The notes under the pieces: model-generated | What the model saw: only the letters and a program-made list of their open reading frames with translations | The model's database searches: none | Told to the model about the DNA's origin: nothing | Translations under genes and position numbers: made by a program | In this document: in pieces, positions 63,175-64,000 of the stretch | Position numbering within the stretch: position 1 is the first letter of the stretch | Layout of the letters: the number at the start of each line of letters is the position of its first letter | DNA from: Eledone cirrhosa | Lineage: Eukaryota | NCBI GenBank assembly: GCA_964016885.1 | Contig: OZ024747.1 | Span: 60,698,001 to 60,762,000 of the forward strand | Length of the DNA stretch: 64,000 nt | Reading direction: 5' to 3'

Positions 63175-63650
63175 ATATCATTATTACTGTTTTACCTCCA
63201 TTTTTCCATGCAACCATGTTTTAGATGAGCTGTGGGCAATGCAAGGTCTTGCTCATACATGGTTTCTACAGCTGGATGGCCTTCCTAGTGCCAATCTAAT
63301 TTACAGTGAGTACTGGGTGCTTTTTGTCGTGATGCCTATACAACCACTTTAATGTGAGTACTGGGTGCCTTTTTGTTGTGACACCTACACAACCACTTTA
63401 TGTATATATTGGGTGCTTTTTGCAATGTCACCATCACAACCACTTTAAAGTGTGGACTGGGTGCTTTTTGTCGTGACACCTACATGACCACTTTACTGTA
63501 TATATTGGGTGCTTTTTGCCATGTCACCATCACAACCACTTTAAAGTGTGTACTGGGTGCTTTTTGTCGTGACACCTACACGACCACTTTACAGTGTATA
63601 CTGGGTGCTTTTTGCTGTGTCACCATCACAACCACTTTACAGTGTTGGGC
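63175..63650 (-). mobile_element. SINE-like family B copy with about 7 copies of the 48-bp unit
   Basis: Same architecture as 990-1660. Confidence 0.75.
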
Positions 63651-64000
63651 ACACATACACCTTCATAACACATGGCTTGCTATACCACAATGCTGGTGCA
63701 ATGACAAAAAGACACAGAGTCCATACAGTCTAGTGCTAGTGCTGGTGCCACAACAAGAACCATCCAGTCTAACCTGTAAGGAGGTAGTGTTGGTGCCACG
63801 GGAAAAGCTCCCAGTACATTTTGAAATGTGGTTGGCATTAGGATAGGCATTTAGACATAGAGAACACAGCCAATAATGTATTGTATGAGCAAGACATGAT
63901 CACGAGACCTGTCTAGCTTCATAACCTGACAACACATCTAGCTCATGCAAGAATGGAATATATACATTAAAGCAGTGATGTTGATGATGATGAAACTGAT

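Overview
AT-rich eukaryotic DNA saturated with microsatellites. The repeat content looks cephalopod/octopus-like, which is my inference. I found no supportable host protein-coding exon, and almost all ORF-track hits are translations of simple repeats. The window is a mosaic of mobile elements. (1) Four 5'-truncated Tx1/L1-clade LINE copies sit head-to-tail in one (ATCT)n microsatellite (38.3-43.4 kb); the first keeps an open 988-codon ORF2, and nested target-site duplications (TSDs) give part of the insertion order. (2) Several families of Penelope-like (PLE-type) fragments lie in (TA)n tracts, with foldback structure and type-I hammerhead ribozyme motifs. (3) There are fragments of a CRE-clade restriction-like-endonuclease (RLE) retrotransposon, whose coding sequence seeded a 63-bp minisatellite. 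(4) RTE- and CR1-like LINE 3' ends, three SINE-like families, two non-autonomous Helitrons and TTAA/piggyBac-type MITEs are present. (5) Many minisatellites occur, including a 41-bp array carrying 16 perfect TGACGTCA sites. There is one 200-N assembly gap. All alignments were done by eye.
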